Source: Candidatus Lustribacter sp. (lineage in GTDB: Bacteria; Vulcanimicrobiota; Vulcanimicrobiia; Vulcanimicrobiales; Vulcanimicrobiaceae). Taken from it: 64,000 nucleotides of DNA. Numbering within the stretch: the stretch's first letter is position 1; every line of letters begins with the position of its first letter. Below the pieces are notes generated by a model. That model worked only from the letters and a program-made list of their open reading frames with translations, searched no databases and was not told the DNA's origin. Positions 55,114-64,000 of this stretch are shown piece after piece. The position numbers were made by a program, and so were the translations under genes. The stretch covers positions 1,664,001 through 1,728,000 of the forward strand of contig OZ255842.1 in assembly GCA_965277805.1 (NCBI GenBank), in the 5' to 3' direction.

Positions 55114-56462
55114 AGCGTCCGATCGATTTCGTACGCTGGTTCATGCCGGGGCTGGGCGTCAAACGCTGGCTCGTAATCGCTGTGTTCGGCGCGGTGCTGT
55201 TCGTCAACGGCGCATCGCGCTGGCTCACCGACGAGGGCGCCCACGTCGGCGTCAACGAGCTGGTCGACTGGATGGTCGGAGACTTCTTCCCCCCGGCCGA
55301 TCTTTCGTATGTCTTTCTCGTGCTCGGTTTGGTTCTCGTCGCCGTCGGCATCTGGCGCTGGCTCAACTCGATCGTGAGCGCGGTGCGCCCCTACGGTACG
55401 GAACGCATGATCGACGCGCTGCTCGAAACGCGGCTCAAGCGCGGCTACAAAATCGTGACGATCGGCGGCGGCACCGGCCTCTCGACGCTCTTGCGCGGCC
55501 TCAAAAAACACACCTCGAACCTCACCGCCGTCGTCACCGTCAGCGACGACGGCGGCAGTTCGGGCCGACTGCAAAAAGAACTCGGCGTGTTGCCGCCGGG
55601 CGACATTCGCAACTGCCTCGTCGCGCTGGCCGACGACGAAGCACTGGTCACCGATCTCTTCCGCTATCGCTTCACTGACGGCGAAGGGCTCACCGGACAT
55701 TCCTTCGGCAACCTGTTTCTCGCCGCACTCACCGGCATCACCGGAAATTTCGACGATGCGATCAAGGTATCGAGCCGCGTGCTGAACATCAAAGGGCGCG
55801 TGCTGCCGGCCACGCTCGCCGTGGCGCAGCTGTGCGCCAAGCTCAGCAACGGAATGCTGGTCGAGGGCGAATCCGCGATCTCGCGTTCGTCCTCGCCGAT
55901 CGACCACGTCTTCCTCGATCCGCCGCAAGCGGAGCCGCTGGCTGAAGTGATCGAGGCCATCCGCGATGCCGACGCGATCGTGCTCGGCCCGGGCTCGCTC
56001 TACACCTCGATCATGCCGAACCTGCTCGTGCAGCGCGTGGCACATGAGATCGAAACCGCGAACGCGGTGAAGATCTACGTCTGCAACGTCATGACGCAAC
56101 CGGGTGAGACCGTCGACTACTCAGCCGCCAAACACGTCGAAGCGCTGATCGCCAACGCCAAAGCCCGCGTATGCGATATCGTGATCGTCAACGACGAGTT
56201 GCCCCGCAAACTGCTCGACGTGTACGCTGAGGAACGGCAACTGCCCGTGGTCGTCGACAAGACGCGGCTCGACCGCATGCGCGTCCAGACCGTTCGCGCG
56301 GCGGTGATCAGCGAGACCGATACGGTGCGGCACGATCCGGAAAAACTCGCCGCGGTTGTCATCGGCGTGATCGATCAGCAAATCGCGGAGCGCGCATCGT
56401 ACGTGAAGTTCAAATCGGCGCCGGCCGAAGCCGAGCCCAGCGCGCCGTCGTCGCGCGGATAA
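55110..56462 (+). CDS. yvcK: Gluconeogenesis factor YvcK family with N-terminal TM extension
   Basis: PGLGVKRW, IGGGTGL, DDGGSSG, PPGDIRNC, GHSFGN, GPGSLYTS. Confidence 0.94.
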   Translation: MKRPIDFVRWFMPGLGVKRWLVIAVFGAVLFVNGASRWLTDEGAHVGVNELVDWMVGDFFPPADLSYVFLVLGLVLVAVGIWRWLNSIVSAVRPYGTERMIDALLETRLKRGYKIVTIGGGTGLSTLLRGLKKHTSNLTAVVTVSDDGGSSGRLQKELGVLPPGDIRNCLVALADDEALVTDLFRYRFTDGEGLTGHSFGNLFLAALTGITGNFDDAIKVSSRVLNIKGRVLPATLAVAQLCAKLSNGMLVEGESAISRSSSPIDHVFLDPPQAEPLAEVIEAIRDADAIVLGPGSLYTSIMPNLLVQRVAHEIETANAVKIYVCNVMTQPGETVDYSAAKHVEALIANAKARVCDIVIVNDELPRKLLDVYAEERQLPVVVDKTRLDRMRVQTVRAAVISETDTVRHDPEKLAAVVIGVIDQQIAERASYVKFKSAPAEAEPSAPSSRG

Positions 56463-57597
56463 CGTCCGGCGCGTCGCGCATAGCGCGCTCGCGTGCGGCC
56501 GCGTCGGCCGGATCGTCGACGAGCGCGATGCACGTCACCCCACGGGCTGCGAGTTCCGGGACCACCCCCGGATCGACGCTGCCGCCCACCGCGACCACAT
56601 CCACATCCGCCAACGCCGCCAAAGCGGCGATGCCGCTGACGACCTTGCCGTCGAGCGACTGACGATCGATACGCCCCTCGCCCGTCACGCACAGGGCTGC
56701 TCCGCGCAGTTTGTCCGCAAGCCCCGTCAGCTTCGCCACGACGTCGAAGCCGCGGACGAGCTGCGCGCCGGCAAATGTGGCCAGCCCCCACCCGAGCCCC
56801 CCGGCCGCTCCGGAACCCGGGAACGCCCGCAGATCGCGGCGGACCGTGGCCGCGGCGACGTCCGCCAGCCGCGTCAGGACGGACTCGAGGAAAGCGACGT
56901 CGGCCGGGCTCGCGCCCTTCTGCGGTCCGTACACGGCGGCCGCGCCCGACGGGCCCAGAAGCGGGTTTTCGACGTCGCAGGCGATCTCGATCGTCGCGGT
57001 CGCAAGGCGCGGATCGAGGCCGTTCAGGTCGATCGAGGCCAGGGCCGCCATGGTCGCCGGCACCGGCACCAGCACCTCGCCGCCGGCGTCGCGGAAGCGC
57101 ACGCCCAGGGCCGCGAGGGCGCCGGCACCCCCGTCGGTGGTCGCCGAACCGCCGATGCCGAGGACGATGTGCGTGGCGCCGCGTTCGAGGGCGTCGAAGA
57201 TCAGCAGCCCCGTTCCGAACGTCGAGGCGAGGCGCGGGGCCGGCGGGCCGGTCAACGTGACCAGGCCCGAGGCGGCAGCCATCTCGATGATCGCCGTTGG
57301 GCCCGACCGGGCGTAGACGGCTTCGACCGGCGCCCCGAGTGCGTCGACCGTCTTCACCCGCTGCGGCATCGCGCCACCTTCGAGGAACGCGGCCACGGTG
57401 CCGTCGCCGCCGTCCGCCATCGGGATCAGCGTTGCGGTGAAGCCGTCGCCCCACGCGTCGCGCAGGCCGAGCACGATCGCGTCGCCCGCCTCGCGCGCGG
57501 TGCAACTGCCCTTGAACTTATCCGGCGCCACGACGACGCGTGGCGGGTTAGACCGCGACGAAGCCTTCTTCCACGTCCTGCCGGTCGAGATTGGCAA
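56410..57597 (-). CDS. glxK: Glycerate kinase (GlxK/GarK family); start uncertain
   Basis: APDKFKGS, MADGGDGT, GIGGSATTDGG, YGPQKGA, GAAGG, TGEG.ID.QS..GK. Confidence 0.92.
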   Translation of the reverse strand: MPISTGRTWKKASSRSNPPRVVVAPDKFKGSCTAREAGDAIVLGLRDAWGDGFTATLIPMADGGDGTVAAFLEGGAMPQRVKTVDALGAPVEAVYARSGPTAIIEMAAASGLVTLTGPPAPRLASTFGTGLLIFDALERGATHIVLGIGGSATTDGGAGALAALGVRFRDAGGEVLVPVPATMAALASIDLNGLDPRLATATIEIACDVENPLLGPSGAAAVYGPQKGASPADVAFLESVLTRLADVAAATVRRDLRAFPGSGAAGGLGWGLATFAGAQLVRGFDVVAKLTGLADKLRGAALCVTGEGRIDRQSLDGKVVSGIAALAALADVDVVAVGGSVDPGVVPELAARGVTCIALVDDPADAAARERAMRDAPDVIRATTARWARLRPAPI

Positions 57598-57901
57598 GGC
57601 GCTCGTCGATCAGCCAGCGATTCGCCTCGTCCCGGCGCGCATCGCTCACCCGGGCACGAACCCAGGTCAGGATCTCGTCGTCGGTGTCGCACGAATCGAG
57701 TGCGGCGTCGAACATCCGCGACGTGATCCCCCAGCGGTCAAAGACGCCGCGGTCCATCGGACACGGATAGATGTAGTCGAAGATCGTCCCGTCCCGCGAA
57801 GCTCGGGCTTTATCGAACACCCGCCTAAGCCACAGGAAGCCGTCGATCTCATCGCGCCCGCGACGTGGGAAATCACGGCCGCTTCGAAAGTCCGTCGCCA
57901 T
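57548..57901 (-). CDS. DUF5069-like protein
   Basis: PRRGR..G..WL.R..DKARA..G..DYIYPCPMD. Confidence 0.75.
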   Translation of the reverse strand: MATDFRSGRDFPRRGRDEIDGFLWLRRVFDKARASRDGTIFDYIYPCPMDRGVFDRWGITSRMFDAALDSCDTDDEILTWVRARVSDARRDEANRWLIDERLANLDRQDVEEGFVAV

Positions 57902-57938
57902 GGCACCCATAACGCCGTATTGCGGCTAGCCGTTGCGC

Positions 57939-59045
57939 CTAAGCGGGCAACTTCGCGGCGCGGGGCACCGTAACGGCGAACCTCGCCCCGCCGAGCGGGC
58001 TGTCATGAATCTCCACCCGCCCGCCGGCGCGCTCGAGAATCATCCGTACGAGCGCTAGGCCGATGCCCGAACCGTCGGCCGCCGTCGCTCCACGCTCGCC
58101 GAGCGCAAAGACGCGCTCGCGATCCCGCGGCGCAATCCCGGGACCGTCATCGTCGACGGCGATCGTGACCGCGCGCGGGGAATCGCATTCCACCGCGACC
58201 TCGATCCGGCCGCCGCGCCGTCCGTGTTTAACGGCATTGGCGATCAGGTTGATGAGCACCAGCATCAAGCGGTCCGCGTCGATCGCGACGGCGACCGCTG
58301 AGCTCGTAGCAACGTGCAGCTCGGTCCCGTGCTGTGCGGCGATTGCCGCGCTCGCCTCGGCCGCACCGGCGAGCGCAGCATCTACCGAGCCGGACGACGG
58401 GCGTCCGAACATGCCCGAGAGATCGAGCAGCGAGACTTCGAACATGCCTTCGAGCAAACGGGTGAGGCGCAATGATTCCGCGTGCGCGATGCGAACGAAG
58501 CGGCGGCGCGTGGGTTCGTCGGCGTCGTCGTCGAGCAGCGTTTCCAGATAGCCGCGAATCGACGCGAGCGGCGTGCGAAGTTCGTGACCGATCGCAGAAA
58601 AGAACGCGTAGCGCTCGCGCTCCTGCGCGCCGCGCGCCAACGCCGGACCGATCGCCGAGGCTGCTCCGGCACCGCCGCGCGCGTCGTAACGCGTCCAGCC
58701 CGCCTCGACGTCGAGCTCCGTGAGCCCCTCGATCGTCGCCGCGATGCGCGCGAGCGCGCTGCGGATGTCGACCGGTGCGGGCAACTGGTGGCCGTCGCGC
58801 GTCGGCGCGATTAGCGCGGCGAGAAACGCATCCGTGCCGCGATCGTGCGCGATGAGATCTTCGGCGCGCAACACGCGCGCCGTCGCCGCGGCAAACGCAA
58901 CGCTTGCGCGACGCTCGATCGTACGCGCCGCGCGCAAACCGCGTTGCCAGGCCGTGCGCTCGAGCGCGGGCAAGCGAAAGACGAGCAGCGGTACGCCCTC
59001 ACCGGATCCGCCGGCGAGCCGCGCGTCGAGTTCAGCAACGCGCAA
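57939..59045 (-). CDS. Cytoplasmic sensor histidine kinase
   Basis: HELRTPL, NLIANAVKH, DDGPGI, GSGIGL; no TM segments. Confidence 0.92.
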   Translation of the reverse strand: MRVAELDARLAGGSGEGVPLLVFRLPALERTAWQRGLRAARTIERRASVAFAAATARVLRAEDLIAHDRGTDAFLAALIAPTRDGHQLPAPVDIRSALARIAATIEGLTELDVEAGWTRYDARGGAGAASAIGPALARGAQERERYAFFSAIGHELRTPLASIRGYLETLLDDDADEPTRRRFVRIAHAESLRLTRLLEGMFEVSLLDLSGMFGRPSSGSVDAALAGAAEASAAIAAQHGTELHVATSSAVAVAIDADRLMLVLINLIANAVKHGRRGGRIEVAVECDSPRAVTIAVDDDGPGIAPRDRERVFALGERGATAADGSGIGLALVRMILERAGGRVEIHDSPLGGARFAVTVPRAAKLPA

Positions 59046-59721
59046 ACTTGTAGCCGAAGCCGTGAATCGTCTGCACCAGCCGCGGCAGCGCCGCCTCGTC
59101 TTCGAGCTTGGCTCGCAAACGCCGCACGTGCACGTCGACCGTACGCTCGTCGCCCTCGAACTCGAAGCCCCACACGGCCTGCAGCAACGCAGCGCGGGAG
59201 AACGCCACGCCGGGATTGCTCGCCAGTTGCAGCATCAAGGCAAACTCGCGCGGCTTGAGCGCGATGTCGACGCCGTCGACGCGCACCTCCCGGGCGGCCT
59301 CGTCGACCTCGAGCCGGTCGAAGCGCAAAAGCACGGGCGGCGCGTCGACCGCGATCCCGCCGCGCCGCGCGAGCGCCCGCACCCGCGCGATCAGTTCGCG
59401 CGGCGAAAACGGTTTGCTGACGTAGTCGTCGGCGCCGAGTTCTAGCCCGATCACGCGATCGACCTCATCGCCGCGCGCGGTCACCATCACGACCGGCAGG
59501 CCGCGGCCTTCGCGCCGAAGCGTCCGCACGATATCGAAGCCGTCGACGACCGGCAGCCCGACATCGAGCAGCAGCAGGTCGGCGCCGGCGCGGATGGCGC
59601 GCAGCGTCGAGGGACCGTCGCCCGTTTCCGTGCAGCGAAAGCCCTCGCGCGCGAGATGGTGGACGAGCAATTCACGAATCGGGGCGTCGTCTTCTGCGAC
59701 GACGATACGCAACGCGGCCAT
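59032..59721 (-). CDS. OmpR/PhoB family response regulator
   Basis: EDD, LDVGLP, GADDY.KPF, RTVDVHV.RLR, G.GYKF. Confidence 0.95.
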   Translation of the reverse strand: MAALRIVVAEDDAPIRELLVHHLAREGFRCTETGDGPSTLRAIRAGADLLLLDVGLPVVDGFDIVRTLRREGRGLPVVMVTARGDEVDRVIGLELGADDYVSKPFSPRELIARVRALARRGGIAVDAPPVLLRFDRLEVDEAAREVRVDGVDIALKPREFALMLQLASNPGVAFSRAALLQAVWGFEFEGDERTVDVHVRRLRAKLEDEAALPRLVQTIHGFGYKFARC

Positions 59722-59743
59722 ACGGCCCGCAGTGCCCGTCCGG

Positions 59744-61675
59744 CTAGAGTTTGATTCGCTGCTCGAAGATGAAGAGCGTGCTGGTGAAATCGGGCGGCGG
59801 TACGCCGGGTACCGTTGCGTAACCGGCGAAAACCGCGCGCCGCAGCGAGATCAAGCTCGACGTGTGCGGCGACTCGCGCAGTTCGGCGCCGATAAACCCT
59901 TCGTGCTGGCCGAAGTTGACGTTCTGCGTGATGCTGCTGAATTCGCCGGTCATGAAGTACTGTGCGTAGCCGGCCGAAACGGTCGCAAACGGCGTCAGCG
60001 CGCGCGAGGCGTACATCGTGTATTCCGGCGTCACGTAGTTCACGTAGTCGAGCGGATGGCCGGGAGCCGCATCGCGCCGGATCGCATCTTCCGCCCAGTC
60101 GATCGTGAAGTCGGCAATGCCGGCATGCCACGTCGCCCACAGCGCGTACTGGTTCTGACGGCCGAGCGTCGGCGCATCGTTCGCCTGCGGCAGAAAGAAG
60201 CCGTCGACGAAACCGGTTTGCTGCGCGTTCGCGAACGTGATCGGCGCGATCTGGCCGAAGTTCGCATACGACGCGTGCAGTTCCAGCGGACCACCGTTGA
60301 GCTGGTACTTGATGCGATAGCCCTGACGGTCGACGTTCACCGGATAGTTGTTGATCAGCTGATAGTTGGACTTCAGCCACTGGCCGGGCCACGACCACGC
60401 GACCGACCACACGTTTTCGGGCGCACCATACGGCAAGATCGCGGTCGCGTAGTACGGATCGTTGCGGTAGAGATCGAACGACGCCGTTGAACGGCGAATC
60501 GTCTTCGAGAGGCCGGCGTGATAGTAGTTGCCGGGTTGTCCGGAACCGGGCAGCGCGACGCCGTTCGCATCATAGACGGAGTGTCCGTATTCGACCAGCC
60601 CGTCGGCTACGCCGAACAGATGGAACGCCGCGCGCAAGCCGTAGATCGTTTCGCGTTGTCCGCCGATCGTTCCGAACGGCAGCAGCCCTTGCGGCGTGAC
60701 GATCGGCACGCCGGTTGCGAAGAGGATCGTCGTCGGAACGAGGGCGCCGCCGGTCGAGACGTGCGAGACGTCGAGCGAGTAGCGCGTTCCCTCACCGTGA
60801 TCGATGACGAGCGATCCTTGCGTCAAGCGCGCGCCCGAACCGGGCAGCGACGGCAACTCGGCATCGGTCAACTCCACCGTCGCGAGGCCGTGCGAACCGA
60901 CGAGATCGACGCCGTGCAGCGGATAGACGCCGCCGGCGAGGGCCCACCAATCGGCGTTGGGCGGACCGTTGCCCGCGGATTCCGCCGGCAAGATCGCGAG
61001 CGAGGGAATCGCGCTCTGATACGCCGGCTGCGCGAACACGAAGCTATCCGTCTGCACGAGATCGAACCAGCCGCCGCGCAAGCGCAGGCTGCGGTCTTTG
61101 GTCGCGATCTCGCCGCTCAACACCGACGCGACGAACGCGCTGTTGTCGTCTTGCCCCGGTGCACTCGGAAACGCAACGCCGAACCCGAGCATCTGCGAGC
61201 CGATATGCGGATTGAGCGTCGGCATCAGCGACTCGCCCCAGTACGCAGCGTTGGTGGTGCTGCCGGTAACGTAACCCAGACCAAACGTGGCGCTGACGTT
61301 GAAGGACGAGCCGTAATATGTCGGCGTGACGTAGAGCGCCGATTCACCGGTGTTACCGGGCGTCATCGGCGCGCTCGAAAACGTGTCGTAGGGTGACAGC
61401 GGTGCGGCAGGTGAGATGCCGGCGACGAAGCCCGGCGCTTCGGGCAAACCCAGTTGACCGAAGCCGCTCGTGTTCTGCGAGATGAACGTGATGTGCGCGC
61501 CGGCGGCGACGCCGATGGTACCCGGTCGCGGCGTCGGCGCGGGCGAGGCACCCGGCGATGCGGACGGCGCGGGCGACGGCGTGGGCGGCGGAAAGATTTG
61601 CGCGCGGACGGGCGTCGCTATGCACGCGAGTGCGACGGCGATCGCGAACGTCGTCAGGATGGGGTACACGATCAT
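59744..61675 (-). CDS. Exported, probably outer-membrane beta-barrel protein
   Basis: Signal peptide, PSPAPSASP linker, alternating aromatic/Gly strands, C-terminal FEQRIKL. Confidence 0.65.
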   Translation of the reverse strand: MIVYPILTTFAIAVALACIATPVRAQIFPPPTPSPAPSASPGASPAPTPRPGTIGVAAGAHITFISQNTSGFGQLGLPEAPGFVAGISPAAPLSPYDTFSSAPMTPGNTGESALYVTPTYYGSSFNVSATFGLGYVTGSTTNAAYWGESLMPTLNPHIGSQMLGFGVAFPSAPGQDDNSAFVASVLSGEIATKDRSLRLRGGWFDLVQTDSFVFAQPAYQSAIPSLAILPAESAGNGPPNADWWALAGGVYPLHGVDLVGSHGLATVELTDAELPSLPGSGARLTQGSLVIDHGEGTRYSLDVSHVSTGGALVPTTILFATGVPIVTPQGLLPFGTIGGQRETIYGLRAAFHLFGVADGLVEYGHSVYDANGVALPGSGQPGNYYHAGLSKTIRRSTASFDLYRNDPYYATAILPYGAPENVWSVAWSWPGQWLKSNYQLINNYPVNVDRQGYRIKYQLNGGPLELHASYANFGQIAPITFANAQQTGFVDGFFLPQANDAPTLGRQNQYALWATWHAGIADFTIDWAEDAIRRDAAPGHPLDYVNYVTPEYTMYASRALTPFATVSAGYAQYFMTGEFSSITQNVNFGQHEGFIGAELRESPHTSSLISLRRAVFAGYATVPGVPPPDFTSTLFIFEQRIKL

Positions 61676-61678
61676 CCG

Positions 61679-62098
61679 CTAATCTTTCTGTAAGACCGCG
61701 TGACCGTCGATGACGGTCTTGCCGTGCTGATTGACGATCGTCGTCGCGCAGTTCAGCCGCCGCTTGCCGGCATCGATCGCAACGAGCTCCGCGCGCGCCG
61801 TCAGCGTATCGCCGATGAATACCGGCCGCTTGAACGCGAGCGTCTGTTCCACATATACGCCGCCCGGCGTACCGAGCATCAAGCCGACGACCGTCGAGAA
61901 CAGGCTGGCCGAGAGCATGCCGTGCGCAACGCGCTGCCCGAAGCGGCTCGCTTTGGCATACTCCGCATCGACGTGCAGCGGATACGTGTCGCCGCTGACG
62001 GCGGCAAACAGCAGGATGTCCGCCTCGGTGATCGTCTTCGAAAACGTCACCGCCTCGCCGACCACGAACGATGAAAATTCACGCGGAACGTGCGCCAT
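61679..62098 (-). CDS. MaoC family dehydratase
   Basis: FAAVSGD.YPLHVD..A..FG.RVAHGM, F.RPVFIGDTL. Confidence 0.92.
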   Translation of the reverse strand: MAHVPREFSSFVVGEAVTFSKTITEADILLFAAVSGDTYPLHVDAEYAKASRFGQRVAHGMLSASLFSTVVGLMLGTPGGVYVEQTLAFKRPVFIGDTLTARAELVAIDAGKRRLNCATTIVNQHGKTVIDGHAVLQKD

Positions 62099-62174
62099 CT
62101 CAAAGACCCGGCGGCGCCGTGACGAAACGGAAGCTCATGTCCATTCCCCCTTCTGCGACTTGCTTAGGCCTCCC

Positions 62175-62933
62175 GTGCTGACGGCCGACGCCGAGTTCCG
62201 CGCGGTCGCGAACGCCGCGTTCGCCGCATGGCAGCAGCAGCCGCCGTATATCGCCTACCACGTCGACGTCAACGTCAACGTGTCGGCACTCAAGCAGTCG
62301 CGCCGGATCGAGCGCGCGGTAGAAACGCGGACGCGCGACAATCTCGCCGTATTGCAGGACCTGCCGCAGGGGCAGAACCAACTCGGCGGCGCGTTTCCGG
62401 TTCCGCCGACGTTCGATGCGCTAAGCTATTTCAAGATCGACTTCCACCTCGGCGACCCGATCCGGCAGCACAACCCGCTCACCGCGGTCACGATGCTCTC
62501 GCCCGGAGCCGGCCTGCCGCCGCAGCCGCTTCGCTATAGCGATCCGGTACCGTCGAGTCCCGACGTCTCGGTCGTCGTCACCACGCTGCGCAACTACTAC
62601 GCGCAGTACGCTCCCGACTCGACCGACCGCATCGCGCACATCGTGATGCAGCCGCTGCCGGCCCTCACGCGCGACAATAACTCGACGTTCTATCTCAAAG
62701 ACGTCTATGTCGACACGGCGACCAACCTGCCGACGCGCGTCGCTTATTCCGGCACCGCGGCGGACTTCACGGTTGACTATACGACGGTCGATAACCATTG
62801 GATCATTTCGCACGCGAGCTACCGCGCGACGATCTACGCGCCGTTGCACATCGGTCAGACGACGTTCACGACCGAAGCGAGCTACAGCAGGTTTACCTTT
62901 CCGGCCGCCCCGCAGGACCCGCGCCTCAAATAA
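62175..62933 (+). CDS. Hypothetical protein (LolA-like beta-rich; start uncertain)
   Basis: Coding-like codon usage from GTG at 62175; DVYVD..T.LP.RV. Confidence 0.6.
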   Translation: MLTADAEFRAVANAAFAAWQQQPPYIAYHVDVNVNVSALKQSRRIERAVETRTRDNLAVLQDLPQGQNQLGGAFPVPPTFDALSYFKIDFHLGDPIRQHNPLTAVTMLSPGAGLPPQPLRYSDPVPSSPDVSVVVTTLRNYYAQYAPDSTDRIAHIVMQPLPALTRDNNSTFYLKDVYVDTATNLPTRVAYSGTAADFTVDYTTVDNHWIISHASYRATIYAPLHIGQTTFTTEASYSRFTFPAAPQDPRLK

Positions 62934-62990
62934 AAGGCCCGCGTAAAAGGCCCAGCGGCGGGTGCTGCGAATCAGGGGAGTCGACCATTT

Positions 62991-63077
62991 GGAAAGGTGG
63001 CAGAGTGGTCGATTGCACCTGACTCGAAATCAGGAGTCCCTTTGCGGGGACCGGGAGTTCGAATCTCCCCCTTTCCT
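62991..63077 (+). tRNA. tRNA-Ser (CGA), CCA not encoded
   Basis: GGAAAGG/CCTTTCC acceptor stem, loop CTCGAAA, long variable arm. Confidence 0.94.
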
Positions 63078-63083
63078 AAAGCT

Positions 63084-63494
63084 TTAGCGGCGCGCGGCGA
63101 AAAACGCCCGCAACTGCGCACCCGTCTCCTCGGCCAGCACGCCGCTCGTTACTGCAACGCGGTGATTGACGACCGGCGAGGCCAGCAGATCGATGACGCC
63201 GCCGGCGGCCCCGCCTTTGGGGTCGGAGCAGCCGAACACCAAGCGTTCGATGCGCGCGGCGGCGATGGCACCCGCGCACATCGCACACGGCTCTTTCGTC
63301 ACGTAGAGCGTGCCGCCGATGCGCCAGCGTCCGAGAACGCGCGCGGCTTGCGCCAGCACGATCATCTCCGCGTGTGCGGTCGGATCCGGCCGCGCTTCTT
63401 TTTCATTCCAGCCTTCGAACATCCAGCCGTCGACGTGCAGTAGCGCGCCGATCGGAACGTCGCCGGCCGCCGCCGCGCGTTCCGCGCACATCAT
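63084..63494 (-). CDS. tadA: tRNA adenosine deaminase
   Basis: VPIGA, DPTAHAE, LYVTKEPCAMCAGA, DPKGGA, NHR, FF..RR. Confidence 0.92.
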   Translation of the reverse strand: MMCAERAAAAGDVPIGALLHVDGWMFEGWNEKEARPDPTAHAEMIVLAQAARVLGRWRIGGTLYVTKEPCAMCAGAIAAARIERLVFGCSDPKGGAAGGVIDLLASPVVNHRVAVTSGVLAEETGAQLRAFFAARR

Positions 63495-63531
63495 CGCCGT
63501 GCGAATGCCCGAGTCGTCGTCGGCGGTAAAA

Positions 63532-63608
63532 TGGTGCTCCCGGCCCGGCTCGAACGGGCAACCTCTGCCTTCGGAGGGCAGCGCGCTATCCAATTGTGCC
63601 ACGGGAGC
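63532..63608 (-). tRNA. tRNA-Arg (CCG)
   Basis: GCTCCCG/CGGGAGC acceptor stem, loop CTCCGAA, encoded CCA. Confidence 0.95.
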
Positions 63609-63622
63609 GTGGACTCGCCGTT

Positions 63623-63871
63623 CTAAGGCGCGCCTTTATCCTCGGTTCCCGGAACGGGCGCTGAGGTGGGGATGTGTTTGAACAAGTCCAGTTTATGATC
63701 GACGAGACCGCGATAGAACTTGCGCACGCAATCGGGGTGGCCGAAGAAATAGGTGCGCGCGTAGGCTAAGTCGTCCCCCGAACTATCCGGAACGTAGTGT
63801 GAAATTTCGATTTCTTCCATTTGCGCCCGGTCAACCGGGTGCGGGCAGAAATCACAGGGGATCGTCGACAT
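63623..63871 (-). CDS. Small hypothetical protein with CxxC..HxxC
   Basis: GAGG RBS; CDFC and HPDC. Confidence 0.6.
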   Translation of the reverse strand: MSTIPCDFCPHPVDRAQMEEIEISHYVPDSSGDDLAYARTYFFGHPDCVRKFYRGLVDHKLDLFKHIPTSAPVPGTEDKGAP

Positions 63872-63891
63872 AAGGGTACCTCGAGAAAAAC

Positions 63892-63963
63892 TGACTCGGG
63901 TAGGATTTGAACCTACGACCTAGGGCTTATGAGTCCCCCGCTCTACCACTGAGCTACCGAGCC
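63892..63963 (-). tRNA. tRNA with CAU anticodon (elongator Met, or Ile2)
   Basis: GGCTCGG/CCGAGTC acceptor stem with paired G1-C72 (so not initiator), loop CTCATAA. Confidence 0.92.
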
Positions 63964-64000
63964 ACTGCGTCCACGCGAGTGGACCGGAGGGAGTTTTCCC

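Noticed and set aside
56410-56462. Convergent 53-bp overlap of yvcK and glycerate kinase
   Set aside because: The overlapping C-terminal tails look low-complexity, which is common in GC-rich genomes.
62931-62953. Direct repeat TAAAAGGCCC x2 upstream of tRNA-Ser
   Set aside because: Only two 10-bp copies, with no element between them.
1-64000. CRISPR array, cas operon, prophage, intact transposase or known defence system
   Set aside because: I saw no regularly spaced repeats or diagnostic motifs by eye. The SLT plus small TM gene has no phage structural or replication neighbours.
63975-64000. Possible 3' end of another tRNA-like gene on the minus strand (..ACTCCCTCCGGTCCAC)
   Set aside because: It is cut by the window edge and has no canonical TTCGA loop, so it cannot be supported.

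Overview
This is a GC-rich bacterial chromosomal segment. Gene content and protein style suggest Vulcanimicrobiota/Eremiobacterota (inference only). The housekeeping core is a minus-strand super-operon yceD-rpmF-fabH-fabD-fabG-acpP-ffh-rpsP-khpA-rimM, plus rapZ-yvcK, glycerate kinase, tadA, RNase P RNA and six tRNAs (Ile-GAU, Ala-UGC, Ala-GGC, Ser-CGA, Arg-CCG, CAU). Accessory catabolic blocks include tandem MmgE/PrpD genes, an NtaA/DszA monooxygenase, convergent Rieske alpha and beta genes, a TPP enzyme with a Tat-like leader coupled to a cytochrome c, a dihydroxyphthalate decarboxylase-like/MetE-II operon, and a Tat flavoprotein with an esterase. Six SsuA/THI5-like binding proteins occur with no ABC permease or ATPase in the window. 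The best candidates for uncharacterised systems are (i) a lytic transglycosylase followed by two signal-peptide-less paralogues sharing a conserved C-terminal helical motif (possible secretion filament/pilin module, 21.2-22.8 kb) and (ii) the apparently exported TPP enzyme plus cytochrome c. Mobile traces are a decayed serine recombinase with a crossover-like palindrome behind tRNA-Ile and a GNAT gene bracketed by inverted REP-like repeats behind tRNA-Ala. I saw no CRISPR array, rRNA, intact transposase or prophage. All calls come from reading motifs by eye; no searches were run.
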